Source: Terriglobia bacterium
GTDB taxonomy: Bacteria > Acidobacteriota > Polarisedimenticolia > Polarisedimenticolales > JAIQFR01
Length of the DNA: 64,000 nucleotides
NCBI GenBank assembly: GCA_963748015.1
Contig: CAVVHE010000004.1
Location: 960,001 to 1,024,000, forward strand
Direction of reading: 5' to 3'
Under the pieces are notes generated by a model, which was not told the DNA's origin, searched no databases, and saw only the letters and a list, made by a program, of their open reading frames with translations. Below are positions 36,639 to 51,243 of this stretch, in pieces (within the stretch, counting starts at the first letter, position 1; every line of letters begins with the position of its first letter). A program made the position numbers and the translations under genes.

Positions 36639-37790
36639 TCAGATCCCGGCGCTGCGGCCGAGCGCATCCGCGAGGCGGGTGGACTCCCAGGTGAACCCGG
36701 GCTCGGTGCGCCCGAAGTGGCCGTAGGCGGCCGTCGCGCGGTAGACCGGGCGCCGGAGGTCGAGGTGCTCGATGATCCCCCTCGGCGTCAGCGGGAAGTG
36801 CTCGCGGATCAGCGCGACGATCTTGTCCTCCGGGACCCTTCCGGTCCCGAAGGTGTCCACCGCGACCGACACCGGCTCCGCCACGCCGATCGCGTACGCG
36901 AGTTGCACCTCCGCGCGCTCCGCCAGACCGGCGGCCACCACGTTCTTCGCGATGTGTCGGGCCATGTACGACGCCGAGCGGTCCACCTTCGTCGGGTCTT
37001 TTCCGGAGAACGCGCCGCCTCCGTGGTGCCCCATGCCGCCGTAGGTGTCCACGATGATCTTGCGGCCCGTGAGCCCCGTGTCCCCCTGCGGACCGCCGAT
37101 CTCGAACAGGCCCGTGGGGTTGACGTGGAACTTCGTGCCCGCGTCCAGCATCCCCGCTGGGATCACCGGCTTGATGACCGACTCGATCACCGCCTCCCGG
37201 ATCCGCGCCTGCGGGGTCCCGCGCGCGTGCTGGGTGGACACCACCACCGCCTCGATCCTCACCGGCCGGTCGCCCTCGTATTCGACGGTGACCTGGGATT
37301 TTCCGTCGGGCAGGAGGAAGTCCATGATCTTCTGCTTGCGGCAGTCGGCGAGGCGGCGGACGAGCGCGTGGGCGAGCGTGATCGGCAGGGGCATGAGCTG
37401 CTCGGTCTCGCGGCACGCGTAGCCGAACATCATCCCCTGGTCGCCGGCGCCCCCGGTGTCGACACCCATCGCGATGTCGGAGGACTGCTCGTCGATCGCC
37501 GCCACGACCGCGCAGGACTTCGAGTCGAAGCCGAACTGCGCGTCGTCGTAACCGATCTCGCCGATCGTCCGGCGCGCGACCTTCGGCAGGTCCACGTAGA
37601 CCCGGGTCGTGATCTCACCCGCGATCAGGCAGAGGCCGGTCGTGAGGAGCGTCTCGCACGCCACGCGACCCGTCGCATCCTGCTCGAGGATCGCGTCGAG
37701 CACCGCGTCGGAGATCTGGTCCGCGATCTTGTCCGGGTGCCCTTCGGTCACGGACTCCGACGTGAAGAGATGCCGTCCCTTGAATCCCAT
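36639..37790 (-). CDS. metK: S-adenosylmethionine synthetase
   Basis: [19 protein letters not shown] and [16 protein letters not shown] motifs. Confidence 0.98.
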   Translation of the reverse strand: MGFKGRHLFTSESVTEGHPDKIADQISDAVLDAILEQDATGRVACETLLTTGLCLIAGEITTRVYVDLPKVARRTIGEIGYDDAQFGFDSKSCAVVAAIDEQSSDIAMGVDTGGAGDQGMMFGYACRETEQLMPLPITLAHALVRRLADCRKQKIMDFLLPDGKSQVTVEYEGDRPVRIEAVVVSTQHARGTPQARIREAVIESVIKPVIPAGMLDAGTKFHVNPTGLFEIGGPQGDTGLTGRKIIVDTYGGMGHHGGGAFSGKDPTKVDRSASYMARHIAKNVVAAGLAERAEVQLAYAIGVAEPVSVAVDTFGTGRVPEDKIVALIREHFPLTPRGIIEHLDLRRPVYRATAAYGHFGRTEPGFTWESTRLADALGRSAGI

Positions 37791-37861
37791 GTCCACCTCT
37801 CCCGGCCGGCCGGGCGCCGGGGCAATCCCCTCGGGGAGTCTGGCGATCCCCAAAAGATGGC

Positions 37862-37886
37862 ATGCTACCATCGCCTCCAGGCGGCA

Positions 37887-37890
<4 letters not shown>
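37862..37890 (-). promoter_or_regulatory. Sigma-70 promoter candidate of metK
   Basis: TTGATG-N17-TAGCAT with a TG extension, overlapping the dnaE stop. Confidence 0.45.
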
Positions 37891-41393
<3,503 letters not shown>

Positions 41394-41395
41394 GA

Positions 41396-42946
41396 TCACT
41401 CCCACTCGATGGTGCCGGGAGGCTTGCTCGTGACGTCGTAGACGACCCGGTTCACGCCGCGCACCTCGTTGACGATGCGGCTGCTGACGCGGGCGAGCAG
41501 GTCGCCGGGAAGGCGGGCCCAGTCGGCGGTCATGAAGTCCGTCGTCTCCACGGCGCGGAGCGCCACGACGTGCTCGTAGGTGCGGCCGTCGCCCATGACG
41601 CCCACGCTGCGGACCGGGAGGAGAACGACGAACGCCTGGGCGACCCGGTCGTACCAGCCGGACTCGCGGAGCTCCGAGATGAAGATCGCGTCCGCCTCCT
41701 GGAGCACCGCGACCCGCTCGGCGTTGACCTCGCCGAGCACGCGCACCGCGAGGCCGGGCCCCGGGAAGGGATGTCTTCCCACGAAGGCGGGATCGAGCCC
41801 GAGCTCGCGCCCGACCCTGCGGACCTCGTCCTTGAAGAGGTCCTTGAGCGGCTCGACGAGCTTGAGCCGCATGCGGTCGGGAAGCCCGCCGACGTTGTGA
41901 TGGGTCTTGATGGTCGCCGACGGCCCCTTCACCGAAGCCGACTCGATCCGGTCCGGGTAGATCGTTCCCTGCGCGAGGAACTCCGCGTCGCCCACCGCCT
42001 TCGCCTCGCTCTCGAAGACCTCGATGAACGTCTCGCCGATGATCTTCCTCTTGCGCTCGGGGTCCTCGACCCCGGCGAGCCGGGACAGGAACATCCCCGA
42101 CGCCTCCGCGAAGCGCACCTCCAGCCTGTACCGCTCGCGGAAGTCCCGCAGGACCTGCTCCGCCTCCCCTTTTCGAAGCACGCCGTTGTCCACGAAGACG
42201 CACACGAGCCGGTCGCCGATCGCCCGGTGGAGCAGCAGAGCCATGACGGAGGAGTCCACCCCCCCCGACAGCGCGCAGATCACCCGGCCGTTCCCGACGG
42301 TCCGCCGCAGCTCCGCGACCTGATCGTCCACGAACGAGGCGATCGTCCAGTCTCCGCGGCACCGGCAGGCGTCGAAAAGGAAGTTGCGCAGGACCTCGCG
42401 GCCGCGCTCCGTGTGCGCCACCTCGGGGTGGAACTGGACGCCGAAGAGGGACCGCTCGCGGTCCTCCACGGCGGAGTGGGGCGCGCTCGCGGACCATGCC
42501 ACCGACCGGAACCCCGGAGCGGGCTCGAGCACTCGATCGCCGTGACTCGCCCACACCAACTGATCGGGACCGAGCCCGCGGAACAGCAGGGAGGCGGCCG
42601 GATCCTCGACACGGATCGTCGCCGGCCCGTACTCCCGGCTTGGCGCCGGCGAGACGTTGCCGCCGAGCCGGAACATCATCAGCTGCATGCCGTAGCAGAT
42701 GCCGAGCACGGGGACGCCGGCCTCGAACAGCTCGCGGCCGACGAGGGGCGCGCCCTCCCCGTACACGGAGTCCGGCCCGCCCGACAGGACGATGCCCCTG
42801 GGCTCCTTCGCCACGACGTCTCGCACGGGAGTCGAGAAAGGCAGGATCTCGCAGTAGACGCCGAGCTCGCGCACCCGCCTCGCGATGAGCTGGGTGTACT
42901 GGGAGCCGAAGTCGAGGATGAGGATCGTCTCGTGCCGCACGCTCAC
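41396..42946 (-). CDS. guaA: GMP synthase (glutamine-hydrolysing)
   Basis: [33 protein letters not shown] and KPPGTIEWE motifs. Confidence 0.97.
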   Translation of the reverse strand: MSVRHETILILDFGSQYTQLIARRVRELGVYCEILPFSTPVRDVVAKEPRGIVLSGGPDSVYGEGAPLVGRELFEAGVPVLGICYGMQLMMFRLGGNVSPAPSREYGPATIRVEDPAASLLFRGLGPDQLVWASHGDRVLEPAPGFRSVAWSASAPHSAVEDRERSLFGVQFHPEVAHTERGREVLRNFLFDACRCRGDWTIASFVDDQVAELRRTVGNGRVICALSGGVDSSVMALLLHRAIGDRLVCVFVDNGVLRKGEAEQVLRDFRERYRLEVRFAEASGMFLSRLAGVEDPERKRKIIGETFIEVFESEAKAVGDAEFLAQGTIYPDRIESASVKGPSATIKTHHNVGGLPDRMRLKLVEPLKDLFKDEVRRVGRELGLDPAFVGRHPFPGPGLAVRVLGEVNAERVAVLQEADAIFISELRESGWYDRVAQAFVVLLPVRSVGVMGDGRTYEHVVALRAVETTDFMTADWARLPGDLLARVSSRIVNEVRGVNRVVYDVTSKPPGTIEWE

Positions 42947-44007
42947 CCTCTCTCCCGCCCCGCGCGGGCGCCGCCCGCGGTCAGCTCGTCCGCGAGGGAT
43001 TCCATGACCGCCCACTTGTCGATCCCGCGGCTCTTGAGGGTACGGTCGGTCCGCAGGAAGCGCCCCGGAAGCCCGAGGAGATCGCCAAGCGGCCAGCGCC
43101 GGAGCCCCGCGAGCAGCCTCGCCGCGGGTACGCCCGCCCAGACCGACCGGACCGCCTCTTCCGGAGCCGACCCCGACTCGATCGCCGCCTTGACCTGCAG
43201 CATCGCCCTCGCCCGCCAGGCCAGCCCGCCGAGCGTCCGGATCTGCTGCTCCCCGGCCTCCGCGAGGCGGCGGGTCGCCTCGAGAGCTTTCCCGGAGTCC
43301 CTCGCGAGCATCGCGTCCGCCAACTCCCAGCCCGAAAGGGCGCCACCCCCGGCCACCACCTGACGCGCCTCCCCGAACGTCACGGCCCCGCGGGCCTCCG
43401 TTCCCCGCCAGTCGCGGATCTTGTCCAGCTCGCTCGACAGCCGGTAAAAGTCCCCGGTGGAAACCTCGACGAGGAAGGCGATCGCATCCCGATCGAGCGT
43501 GAGCCCTCGCTCCTTCGCAAGCTCGGACGCCTCCCTCCCCACGGCCTCCCCCTCGTCCTGCGACGGCGGCCGGAAGGCCGCCGTGCGCCCCGCCTCCAGC
43601 AGCTCGCGATGGAGGCCGCGCCGCGCGTCGAGCTTCGGGGCCCGGACGATGAGGTAGCTTCCGACCGGCGGCGACGACGCGTACCCGGCGAGCGGCCCCG
43701 GCTTTCCGTCGAGCGCCTCGACGTCCCTCACCAGGACGACGCGCTTCGGCGAGAACATCCCCACGGAGCAGGCTGCGGCCAGCACGGTGCCGATCTCGAC
43801 CCTGCGATCGCCGTACACCGTGAGCGCGGCGCCTCCCGCCCCCTCCGGGACCAGGTGGGCGAGCAGCGCGCGTTGCGCCTTGTCCAGGTGGAAGAGATCC
43901 TCGCCGGTGAGGACGGTCAGCCCCGGCGGCCAACCTTGGGCGAGGGCGGCGAGGGTCGAGCGCAGGACGGCCCCGCCGAGGGGGCCGGCGGGGCCCTTGG
44001 CCGCCAT
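42943..44007 (-). CDS. holA: DNA polymerase III delta subunit
   Basis: [22 protein letters not shown] and SELDKI patterns; downstream of lptE as is usual. Confidence 0.85.
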   Translation of the reverse strand: MAAKGPAGPLGGAVLRSTLAALAQGWPPGLTVLTGEDLFHLDKAQRALLAHLVPEGAGGAALTVYGDRRVEIGTVLAAACSVGMFSPKRVVLVRDVEALDGKPGPLAGYASSPPVGSYLIVRAPKLDARRGLHRELLEAGRTAAFRPPSQDEGEAVGREASELAKERGLTLDRDAIAFLVEVSTGDFYRLSSELDKIRDWRGTEARGAVTFGEARQVVAGGGALSGWELADAMLARDSGKALEATRRLAEAGEQQIRTLGGLAWRARAMLQVKAAIESGSAPEEAVRSVWAGVPAARLLAGLRRWPLGDLLGLPGRFLRTDRTLKSRGIDKWAVMESLADELTAGGARAGRERG

Positions 44008-44537
44008 CAGAACCCCTCGAACATCGAGGTGACGAGCGCCTGGGCCGCTCCCTGCGCGATCTGGTCCAGGGCCTGGTTCTCCTGGGCGACCTCCTGCTGG
44101 ACGTTGTACTGCTCGCGGAAGACGAGTCCGGACTGGCTCCACAGCACGGCCTGCGTGGAAAGCTCCCGGAGGGTGGCCTCGAGGGTCACGACGGTCTCGA
44201 GACGGGTCGCCCTGCCCTGGGCGTCGAGCTGGACCGGGTTCGACCTGTATCCCGTGATAGCTCCCTCGAGGAGCGCGTCGGCCTGTGCCTTGTCGTTGAC
44301 GACCTTGTAGTGGCCCCGCTTCGTCAACTCGCTCGCCACCTCCTCGGTCACCCGCTGCTCGATGTTCGGGCGCTGCGTCCGGTTCTCGAAGGGCGCGACC
44401 ATGATCACGCGAATCCGCTCCGGGAGGAACGTGTTCCCGCCGGCGAGCTTGTAGCCGCAGCCGGGCGCGGCCGAGCCGACGAGCGCGATCGCCGCGACGA
44501 TCGCCGCGCGGGCACCCTTCCGCCCCGGCACGCTCAC
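44007..44537 (-). CDS. lptE: LPS assembly lipoprotein LptE family
   Basis: Lipobox-like [14 protein letters not shown] and [10 protein letters not shown]; lptE-holA synteny. Confidence 0.85.
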   Translation of the reverse strand: MSVPGRKGARAAIVAAIALVGSAAPGCGYKLAGGNTFLPERIRVIMVAPFENRTQRPNIEQRVTEEVASELTKRGHYKVVNDKAQADALLEGAITGYRSNPVQLDAQGRATRLETVVTLEATLRELSTQAVLWSQSGLVFREQYNVQQEVAQENQALDQIAQGAAQALVTSMFEGF

Positions 44538-44971
44538 CTCCCGTCGCGCGAGGGAGTGATCTCGCCCCTCTCGATCCGCTTGCGGACGGCATCGAGGATC
44601 CCGTTGATGAAGGCCCCCGATTCCTCGCTCCCGAACTTCCTGGCGATCTCGATCGCTTCGTCGATGGCGACGACCGGCGGGACCTCGGCGTCGAAGAGCA
44701 TCTCGTACACCGCCATGCGCAGCACGTTGCGGTCCACGACCGCCATCCGCTCGACCCGCCAGTTCTCCGCCGAGACCGCGACCACGTTGTCGAGGAACTG
44801 CCGCTCCCGGGCCACCCCGTTCACCAGGTCCTCGGCGAAGGTCTTGACATCGGGAGTGGACGCCTGGTCGGCCCAGAACGGCCCGAAGATCTCCTCGGGC
44901 CGTCCCCCGGCCACGTCCATCTGGAAGAGCATTTGGAGCGCGCACTCGCGGGCGCGCCTACGCTGGCCCAA
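44534..44971 (-). CDS. nusB: Transcription antitermination factor NusB
   Basis: TTG start; RRRARECALQMLFQ, ERMAVVDRNVLR, DEAIEIARKF and FINGILD; ribH-nusB synteny. Confidence 0.95.
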   Translation of the reverse strand: MGQRRRARECALQMLFQMDVAGGRPEEIFGPFWADQASTPDVKTFAEDLVNGVARERQFLDNVVAVSAENWRVERMAVVDRNVLRMAVYEMLFDAEVPPVVAIDEAIEIARKFGSEESGAFINGILDAVRKRIERGEITPSRDGR

Positions 44972-44982
44972 GGTCCGAGCCC

Positions 44983-45450
44983 CTACGCCATCTGGCGATA
45001 CAGGCTGACCATCTCCACCGCGGCCAGAGCGGCGTCCCAACCCTTGTTTCCGGACTTCGCTCCCGCCCGATGGATCGCCTGCTCGAGACTGTCCGCGGTC
45101 ACCACGCCGAACGACACGGGAATCCCGTGCTGGAGCGAGGCCTGCGCGAGGCCCTTGGCGACCTCCGCCGCAAGAACGTCGAAGTGCGGGGTCTCCCCCC
45201 GGATCAGGGCTCCGAGCGCGACCACCGCGTCGAACTTCCCGGATGCCGCGAGCCGGGCCGCCGCCTGGGGGATCTCCCAGCTTCCCGGCACCCGCACCAC
45301 GGTGCGGGCGTCCGCTCCGGCCCCGTGCCGCTCGAGGCAATCCTCGGCACCGGCCAGCAAGCGGGCGGCGACGAAATCGTTGGTTCGCGCCACCACGAGG
45401 GCGAACCGCATCCCTTTCGCGTCGAGCCTGCCTTCCAAGACGTTCGCCAT
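44983..45450 (-). CDS. ribH: 6,7-dimethyl-8-ribityllumazine synthase
   Basis: VPGSWEIP, IRGETPHFD and GNKGWDAA motifs. Confidence 0.97.
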   Translation of the reverse strand: MANVLEGRLDAKGMRFALVVARTNDFVAARLLAGAEDCLERHGAGADARTVVRVPGSWEIPQAAARLAASGKFDAVVALGALIRGETPHFDVLAAEVAKGLAQASLQHGIPVSFGVVTADSLEQAIHRAGAKSGNKGWDAALAAVEMVSLYRQMA

Positions 45451-45506
45451 GCGCCGCCTCCCGGGGACACCACACCGTTTGCCCGGACCGCCCGGTACGA
45501 GACCGG

Positions 45507-45536
45507 AGTATAGGAACCAAGCTCGAAGGGTGTCAA
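45507..45536 (-). promoter_or_regulatory. Sigma-70 promoter of ribH-nusB-lptE-holA-guaA-dnaE
   Basis: TTGACA-N18-TATACT on the minus strand. Confidence 0.7.
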
Positions 45537-45558
45537 GGCGGCCGCCGCCCCTAGGAGC

Positions 45559-46473
45559 TCAATCGGGATAGGGCCCGACCTCGATGAGCCGGCGAAAGGC
45601 CTCGTAACGCCCTCGGATCTCGTCGGGGGTGAGGCGCTTCAGCCGGTCCAGGGAGAAATCCTCCACCTGGTACGAAGCCATCACGGAGCCGGCGACGGCG
45701 GCGCGGCGGACATCCGCGGCCGCTCGTCCCCCGGCCCTGGCGAGGAACCCCAGGAAGCCTCCCGCGAAGGTGTCCCCCGCCCCGGTCGGATCCACGACCC
45801 GGCGAAGAGGGAAGGCCGGCATCGCGAACGTCTCCCCTGCGCCGAAGACCGCGACGCCGTACTCGCCGCGCTTCACGACCACCACCCCGGTCCCGAGCTC
45901 CCGGACCGCCTCCGCCGCCTCGACGACGTTCCTCCGTCCGGTGAGCTGGCGGATCTCGCCGTCGTTGATCAGCAGCACGTGAACCCGCGGCAGGAGGCGC
46001 CGGAGTGCCTCGGGCTTCGAGGCGATCCAGAAGTTCATCGTGTCCGCCGCGACGAGCGACGCGGGATCCACCTGATCGAGAACCCGCCACTGAAGCTCCG
46101 GGTCGATGTTCGCGAGGAAGAGCACCGGCGTGCGATCCCACCCGGACGGTAGAACGGGATCGAAGTCGGCGAACACGTTGAGCTGCGTGTCGAGGGTTCG
46201 CGGGTTGTTGAAGTCCTCGCCGTATTCCCCGACCCAGCGGAAGGTCCGCCCCGGCACCCGCTGCAATCCCGCGAGGTCGACGCCCCTGTCGCGAAGGGGC
46301 TTCTCGTGCTCCGCGGTGAAGTCCTCCCCCACGACCGCCACGAGCCGCACCTCGGTGAAGAACGACGCCGAGACGGAGAAGTGCGTGGCCGAGCCGCCGA
46401 GGACGTCCCTCCGCGTGCCGGCCGGCGTGGTGACCGTGTCGAGAGCCACCGATCCGACGACGAGGATGCCCAT
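45559..46473 (-). CDS. PfkB/ribokinase-family kinase
   Basis: VVGSVALD, DTMNFWI and DPTGAGDTFAGG motifs. Confidence 0.92.
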   Translation of the reverse strand: MGILVVGSVALDTVTTPAGTRRDVLGGSATHFSVSASFFTEVRLVAVVGEDFTAEHEKPLRDRGVDLAGLQRVPGRTFRWVGEYGEDFNNPRTLDTQLNVFADFDPVLPSGWDRTPVLFLANIDPELQWRVLDQVDPASLVAADTMNFWIASKPEALRRLLPRVHVLLINDGEIRQLTGRRNVVEAAEAVRELGTGVVVVKRGEYGVAVFGAGETFAMPAFPLRRVVDPTGAGDTFAGGFLGFLARAGGRAAADVRRAAVAGSVMASYQVEDFSLDRLKRLTPDEIRGRYEAFRRLIEVGPYPD

Positions 46474-46491
46474 GCTCTCCTTGCCTCCTCT

Positions 46492-47367
46492 TCAGTCGAG
46501 GTAACGGCCCACGATCGCCCGGAGTCTCTCCCTCGCCTCCGCGGGGACAGCGTCGCGGCGCGTGATGATCGCGTGCTCGAGGGCCCGTCCGCATCCGCAC
46601 GCGGCGCGCTCCTCCGGCAGCTCGAGCGCGGTACGGCGCAGGACGGCGGCCGCGAGCCGGCTGTTCGCCCGCAGGTTCTCGAGGACGGCGCCGATCGTCA
46701 CGTCCTCCTCCTCCTCGTGCCAGCAGTCGAAATCGGTGACGAGCGCGACCGTGGCGTAGCAGATCTCCGCCTCCCGCGACAGCTTCGCCTCCTGGAGGTT
46801 CGTCATCCCGATGACGTCCACCCCCCACGACCGGTAGAGCAGCGACTCTGCCCGGGTCGAGAACGCGGGTCCCTCCATGCACAGGTAGGTCCCCCCGTCG
46901 TGCGTCGTGGCCCCCTCCCGGCGGGCGCATTCCAGCAAGATCCTCCTCGTCTCGGGACAGACCGGGTCCGCGAACATCACGTGCGCGACGATGCCCCCGC
47001 CGAAGAAGGTCGAGGCCCGCCCCCGCGTCCGGTCCACGAACTGGTCGGGAAAGACCATGTCGCGCGGCCGGATCTCCTCCTTCATGGAGCCCACCGCCGA
47101 AGCCGACAGGATCCGCTCGACACCGAGGAGCTTGAACCCGTAGACGTTCGCGCGGTAGTTGATCTCCGACGGGAGGAGCTGGTGGGCGCGCCCGTGGCGC
47201 GCGAGGAACGCGACGTCCCGCCCGTCGAGCCTCCCCACGAGGTACGCGTCGGACGGGGCGCCGAAAGGCGTTTCGACGCGAGTCTCCTCGAATCCGTCGA
47301 GACCCGCCAGCTCGTAGAGCCCGCTCCCTCCGATGATGCCGATGCGCGCGCGGGGAGCGGAGGTCAA
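46492..47367 (-). CDS. mtnP: S-methyl-5'-thioadenosine phosphorylase
   Basis: TTG start; IGIIGGSGLY, FLARHG, EGPAFSTRAES, IGMT and VTDFDCW motifs. Confidence 0.93.
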   Translation of the reverse strand: MTSAPRARIGIIGGSGLYELAGLDGFEETRVETPFGAPSDAYLVGRLDGRDVAFLARHGRAHQLLPSEINYRANVYGFKLLGVERILSASAVGSMKEEIRPRDMVFPDQFVDRTRGRASTFFGGGIVAHVMFADPVCPETRRILLECARREGATTHDGGTYLCMEGPAFSTRAESLLYRSWGVDVIGMTNLQEAKLSREAEICYATVALVTDFDCWHEEEEDVTIGAVLENLRANSRLAAAVLRRTALELPEERAACGCGRALEHAIITRRDAVPAEARERLRAIVGRYLD

Positions 47368-49346
47368 GGATGCCCCCCGCCCGCCTTGGCCTCGACCCAG
47401 GCGCGAGCCTCCTGCCCCAGCTTCTCGCCGTCGCCCGCCTTCCGGGTCTCGCCGTCCCACGAGATCGTCGCGGACGGCTTCCGGGCATCGAGGGAACCGT
47501 TGGCCACGACGCTCCACGCGCAGCGTACGCCCAGCGCCGCCCGTCGGAGCGCGGCGGTGTCCGGGTCGCCCGGCCTGCCGTCGATGCGGATCGCCATCGG
47601 CGGGCGGACCGCCTCCTCGATGGCGAGTGCCAGACCGGTGGCCTGCACCCCGTACGCCGCGAGGTCGCCCGCGAACGCGCCGAGGATCGAGACGGCCTGC
47701 TCCCTGAGATCCTCCCCCGCCCCGAGCGCGTGGAGACGCAGCATGGCTCGCGCGAGGAGGGCGTTCTCCCGGGGCGGACGCCTCGGATTGGCGAGGATGC
47801 CCAGCGGCGCGGCGCCCGGCAGCACGTCGCGGAACCCGGCCTCGCCGGGAACCAGGAGGTTCCTCGTGCAGAAGGTGACGATGTCCCGCGCGGCGTCGAG
47901 GTATCTCGACTCTCCGGTGGTCTGGTAGGCGTCCACGAGCCCGAAGGCGGCCTCCGCCTGGTCCGCGAGATGCCGCCGGTCGTCTGGGGCGGGCTCGATC
48001 ACGTGGCCGACGCCACGACCCGCCTGGTAGGCCTTCGAGAGCACCAGATCCAGAGCGCCGCGGCCGGCTTTCTGCAGGGAATCGTCGGCCAGGAAACTCC
48101 CCGCGCGAAGAAGGGCTGCTCCGGCCAGGGCGTTCGATCCGGAGAGAACGAGCCGGTCCAGGCGAGAGTCCCCGGCCTTCGCGCCCGCGCCCTTCGCCGC
48201 CCCCTCCGGCATCTGCGCTAGGTAGAAGCCTCCGCCCGGCCGCGCGAGAACGGTGGTCAGGAAGCGGGCCGTGCCCCGGATCGCGCCCCGCAGATCCTCG
48301 GAGTCGCCCTGCCTCGCCGCCGTCAGAAGCTCGCGCAGCAGGTGGGCGTTCGTCTCGAGCATCTTCTCGGACTCGAGATCCTGCCACGAGGGGGACATCG
48401 CGATGCGGTGCATGCCGCCGCCGTCCCGGTCGTAGAGCGGGCTCGCCACGAGCTTCGTCAGCATGAGACGCGCGGGATCCCTTAGGGCGGGCTCGCCTCG
48501 CGCGGCCCGGGCCGACGCGTACTCGGCGAGTCCCGGCACGAGGAACTTCGGGCCGACGCCGAATCCCCCGTAAGTCATGTCCGCGCTCGCGACCAGCCAG
48601 CGCGCGAGCGCGTCGGAGGTCTCGAACGAGACCTCCCCGCTCTTCGGCTTCGCCGCCGCGTCCTCCTGAATCCACTTCGCCGCCTGCTCGGCGAGCGACG
48701 TCGCGTTGCGGGCGAGATACATGCGCGCCTGCTCCAGCAGGTAGCGCAGCGTCTGCGGGTCCACGAATCCCGCCGTGATCGGGGCCGGGGAACCCGAGGC
48801 ATTCGCGGAGCTGATCATCGGCCTGCCGTCGGGAAGCAGGAAGTTCAGGCCCGGCCAGGATCCGGTCTGGTAGCGCTCGCGGATGTCGGGCCGCCGGTCG
48901 GCGTCGACGACCACGAGGACGAACCCGTCGTTGATCGTCCGGACCACGTCCGGATCCCGGAGCGTCTCGGTCAGGAAGCGCTCGGAGGCGAGGCTCCAGG
49001 GCGCGTGGAGCACGAGGAGGACCGGCCGTCCGAAGAGGGAGGCCGTTCGAAAGGCCGAGAGACCCCAAGGAAGCGGGTAGAGATGCTTGCTGAGCACCTC
49101 GTCCGTCGGCCAGCTCCGGAACGCCTCCTGCGCGGGAAGCGCGAGGTCGACTCCCTTCAGGAAGAAGGGGACCGCGGACGCGGGCTCCGTCTCCTCGGCG
49201 GACTTCGGCGTCTCCTGTGCCAGCGAAGCCTGCGCGAAAGCGCCGGAGAGGAGCGTCAGCGCCGCCAGGGCCGCCGCGATCCTCCCGCGAGAAGTCGACC
49301 CGTCGACGGCGCGAAGCCGGCGGGCGCGGCCGGACTCGATGATCAC
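47364..49346 (-). CDS. YyaL/SSP411 (DUF255)-like protein: thioredoxin-like domain plus alpha-helical barrel, exported
   Basis: VVVDADRRPDIRERY..GSWP, YGGFGVGPKF, LYDRDGGGMHR and EKMLETNA motifs; N-terminal signal peptide. Confidence 0.8.
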   Translation of the reverse strand: MIIESGRARRLRAVDGSTSRGRIAAALAALTLLSGAFAQASLAQETPKSAEETEPASAVPFFLKGVDLALPAQEAFRSWPTDEVLSKHLYPLPWGLSAFRTASLFGRPVLLVLHAPWSLASERFLTETLRDPDVVRTINDGFVLVVVDADRRPDIRERYQTGSWPGLNFLLPDGRPMISSANASGSPAPITAGFVDPQTLRYLLEQARMYLARNATSLAEQAAKWIQEDAAAKPKSGEVSFETSDALARWLVASADMTYGGFGVGPKFLVPGLAEYASARAARGEPALRDPARLMLTKLVASPLYDRDGGGMHRIAMSPSWQDLESEKMLETNAHLLRELLTAARQGDSEDLRGAIRGTARFLTTVLARPGGGFYLAQMPEGAAKGAGAKAGDSRLDRLVLSGSNALAGAALLRAGSFLADDSLQKAGRGALDLVLSKAYQAGRGVGHVIEPAPDDRRHLADQAEAAFGLVDAYQTTGESRYLDAARDIVTFCTRNLLVPGEAGFRDVLPGAAPLGILANPRRPPRENALLARAMLRLHALGAGEDLREQAVSILGAFAGDLAAYGVQATGLALAIEEAVRPPMAIRIDGRPGDPDTAALRRAALGVRCAWSVVANGSLDARKPSATISWDGETRKAGDGEKLGQEARAWVEAKAGGGHP

Positions 49347-49384
49347 TCGATCCTCCAGCAGTTCAATGAATTCGAGGAAAGACG

Positions 49385-49413
49385 ATTATCCGGGCACCCT
49401 CGCGGGGTGTCAA
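49385..49413 (-). promoter_or_regulatory. Sigma-70 promoter candidate
   Basis: TTGACA-N17-GATAAT on the minus strand. Confidence 0.6.
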
Positions 49414-49526
49414 GGAACGCGGCTCGCGGGCGCGCCCTGCGGACTTGCATCCACGGGTGACGGGCATACGTTTGATGCGAGGGTCGGGCAGGCACGAGAC
49501 GATTACGTTTCCGACAGCAAGGGACC

Positions 49527-51227
49527 TTGGACACCACGAGATATCCGAGAGGACTACCCTGGCTGCTGATCGCGGCGTCGACCGCGTCCGTGGCGATCGT
49601 CCGCCCCGTGCCCTTGGGCGCCCTCGCCGAAGCGCTGCCGCTGACGCTCGTGCTCGCCGCCCTCGCGGGGATGGCGGCGTGGATCGCGTCCCCCCACGAC
49701 CGGGGCCGCCCCGTCCGCGTGGCCCCGACTTTCGTGCTGGCCGCCTTCGAGGTCCTCCCCCTCGCCCCCGCCTTCGCGGTGCTCCTCGTCGCGATCGCGG
49801 GGGGAAAGGGCGGCGGGGTCGCCGGCCCCTCGCGGCGAGGGTTGCGCTCCGCGGCCGCCGTCGCCGCGGGCTCCGCGATGGTCGTCCTCCTTCTCGCCTC
49901 GGCCTCCACCGCTCCGCCTCCCCGCTCCCTCCGCGCGTTCGCCGCCCTCGCCGCGCTCTTTGCCGTCCTCGAGGGAGCGTCCTTCGCGGTCGCCGCCCTG
50001 CTGACCGTCTCGAACGGGCAGGCGCGTGCGGAGGGGTTCGAGCGGGCCCTCCGGCAGGTTCTCCTCGAGTCCGTCAACGTCCCCCTCGCGTGGTGCCTCG
50101 CCGCCTTCCTGCGCTCGGACGCCCTCCCGACGGCCCTTTCCCTCTCGGCCGCGATCCTCCTCGGAGGACTCGCCATGAAGGCCCTCGACCGGGCCCTCGC
50201 CGATCTCACGGTCACGAACGACGTCCTCGCCGCGCGGCTGAGCGAGCTCGCCACGCTCCACGCGGTCGGCAAGGAGATGCTCTCGTCGCTCGATCCCAAG
50301 AGGGTCTTCTCGGTGATCGAGCGCGAGTGCTCGAAGATCCTCGACGTGGACAGCCTCGTCGTGACCCTTGTGGATCCCGACACGAGCGAGACCCGTCTCG
50401 CGCACCGATGGGCGCGCGGCGACCCTGCGGCAGCACCTCTCGCCAAGCCCGGGGACGCCATCGTGAGCTGGGTCGCCCTCGAGAAGCGCCCGCTGCGCGT
50501 GGACGACCTCCGCGAGAGCCCGGAGAATCTCCCCTTCCGCACGGGCGGCCTCGAGGCCGACGTCCGCTCCGTCCTCGCCGTGCCCCTCGTGGTCGAGGAG
50601 CGAGTGACCGGAGTGCTGTCGGTGCGGAGCTCCCGCCCCCGCGCTTACGACGAGCACCAGCTCTCGCTGCTGACCACCATCGCGCAACAGGCCGCGGTCG
50701 CCATCGAGAACGCGCGGCACTACGAGATGGCGACGGTGGACTCCCTGACGCGGCTCTTCCTCCGCGATCACTTCCACCAGCGACTCGAGGAGGAGCACAA
50801 CCGGGCGCGGCGGTACCGCAGCTCCTTCGCGGTGCTCATGCTCGACCTCGACGGCTTCAAGGAGATCAACGACCGCCACGGTCACCTGCAGGGTGACCGT
50901 TACCTGCGAGCGCTCGGCCCCGCCATCCGCTCCGGCCTGCGCGCCGCGGACCTCCCCTGCCGGTACGGCGGCGACGAGTTCTGCCTGCTCCTCCCCGAGA
51001 CCGATCTCGAGGGCGCGCGAGCGATCGCGGAGCGGATCCGCAAGACCGTCGGGCAACTCGAGGTGACGACCGAGGCGGGCCCCTTGAGGACCACCGCGAG
51101 CATCGGGGTGGCGGTGTTCCCGCAGCACGATTCCGGCGACCTGCGCGGATTGCTCCTCCGGGCCGACCAGGCCCTGTATCAGGCCAAGCGGACCGGCCGG
51201 GACCGCGTCGTCCCCTTCGCCGCGTAG
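49527..51227 (+). CDS. Membrane-bound GAF-GGDEF diguanylate cyclase
   Basis: Multi-TM N-terminus; GAF (SVLAVPL...IAQQAAVAIENAR); DLDGFKEINDRHGH; RAAD I-site; YGGDEF. Confidence 0.92.
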   Translation: MDTTRYPRGLPWLLIAASTASVAIVRPVPLGALAEALPLTLVLAALAGMAAWIASPHDRGRPVRVAPTFVLAAFEVLPLAPAFAVLLVAIAGGKGGGVAGPSRRGLRSAAAVAAGSAMVVLLLASASTAPPPRSLRAFAALAALFAVLEGASFAVAALLTVSNGQARAEGFERALRQVLLESVNVPLAWCLAAFLRSDALPTALSLSAAILLGGLAMKALDRALADLTVTNDVLAARLSELATLHAVGKEMLSSLDPKRVFSVIERECSKILDVDSLVVTLVDPDTSETRLAHRWARGDPAAAPLAKPGDAIVSWVALEKRPLRVDDLRESPENLPFRTGGLEADVRSVLAVPLVVEERVTGVLSVRSSRPRAYDEHQLSLLTTIAQQAAVAIENARHYEMATVDSLTRLFLRDHFHQRLEEEHNRARRYRSSFAVLMLDLDGFKEINDRHGHLQGDRYLRALGPAIRSGLRAADLPCRYGGDEFCLLLPETDLEGARAIAERIRKTVGQLEVTTEAGPLRTTASIGVAVFPQHDSGDLRGLLLRADQALYQAKRTGRDRVVPFAA

Positions 51228-51243
51228 CGGAGATGAAGGGCGA

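Noticed and set aside
37791..37860. SAM riboswitch upstream of metK
   Set aside because: The leader is short and lacks recognisable SAM-I or SAM-II conserved elements.
49414..49526. c-di-GMP riboswitch ahead of the diguanylate cyclase
   Set aside because: Only a weak GTCGG/CCGAC hairpin is present; the GEMM-type conserved motifs are absent.
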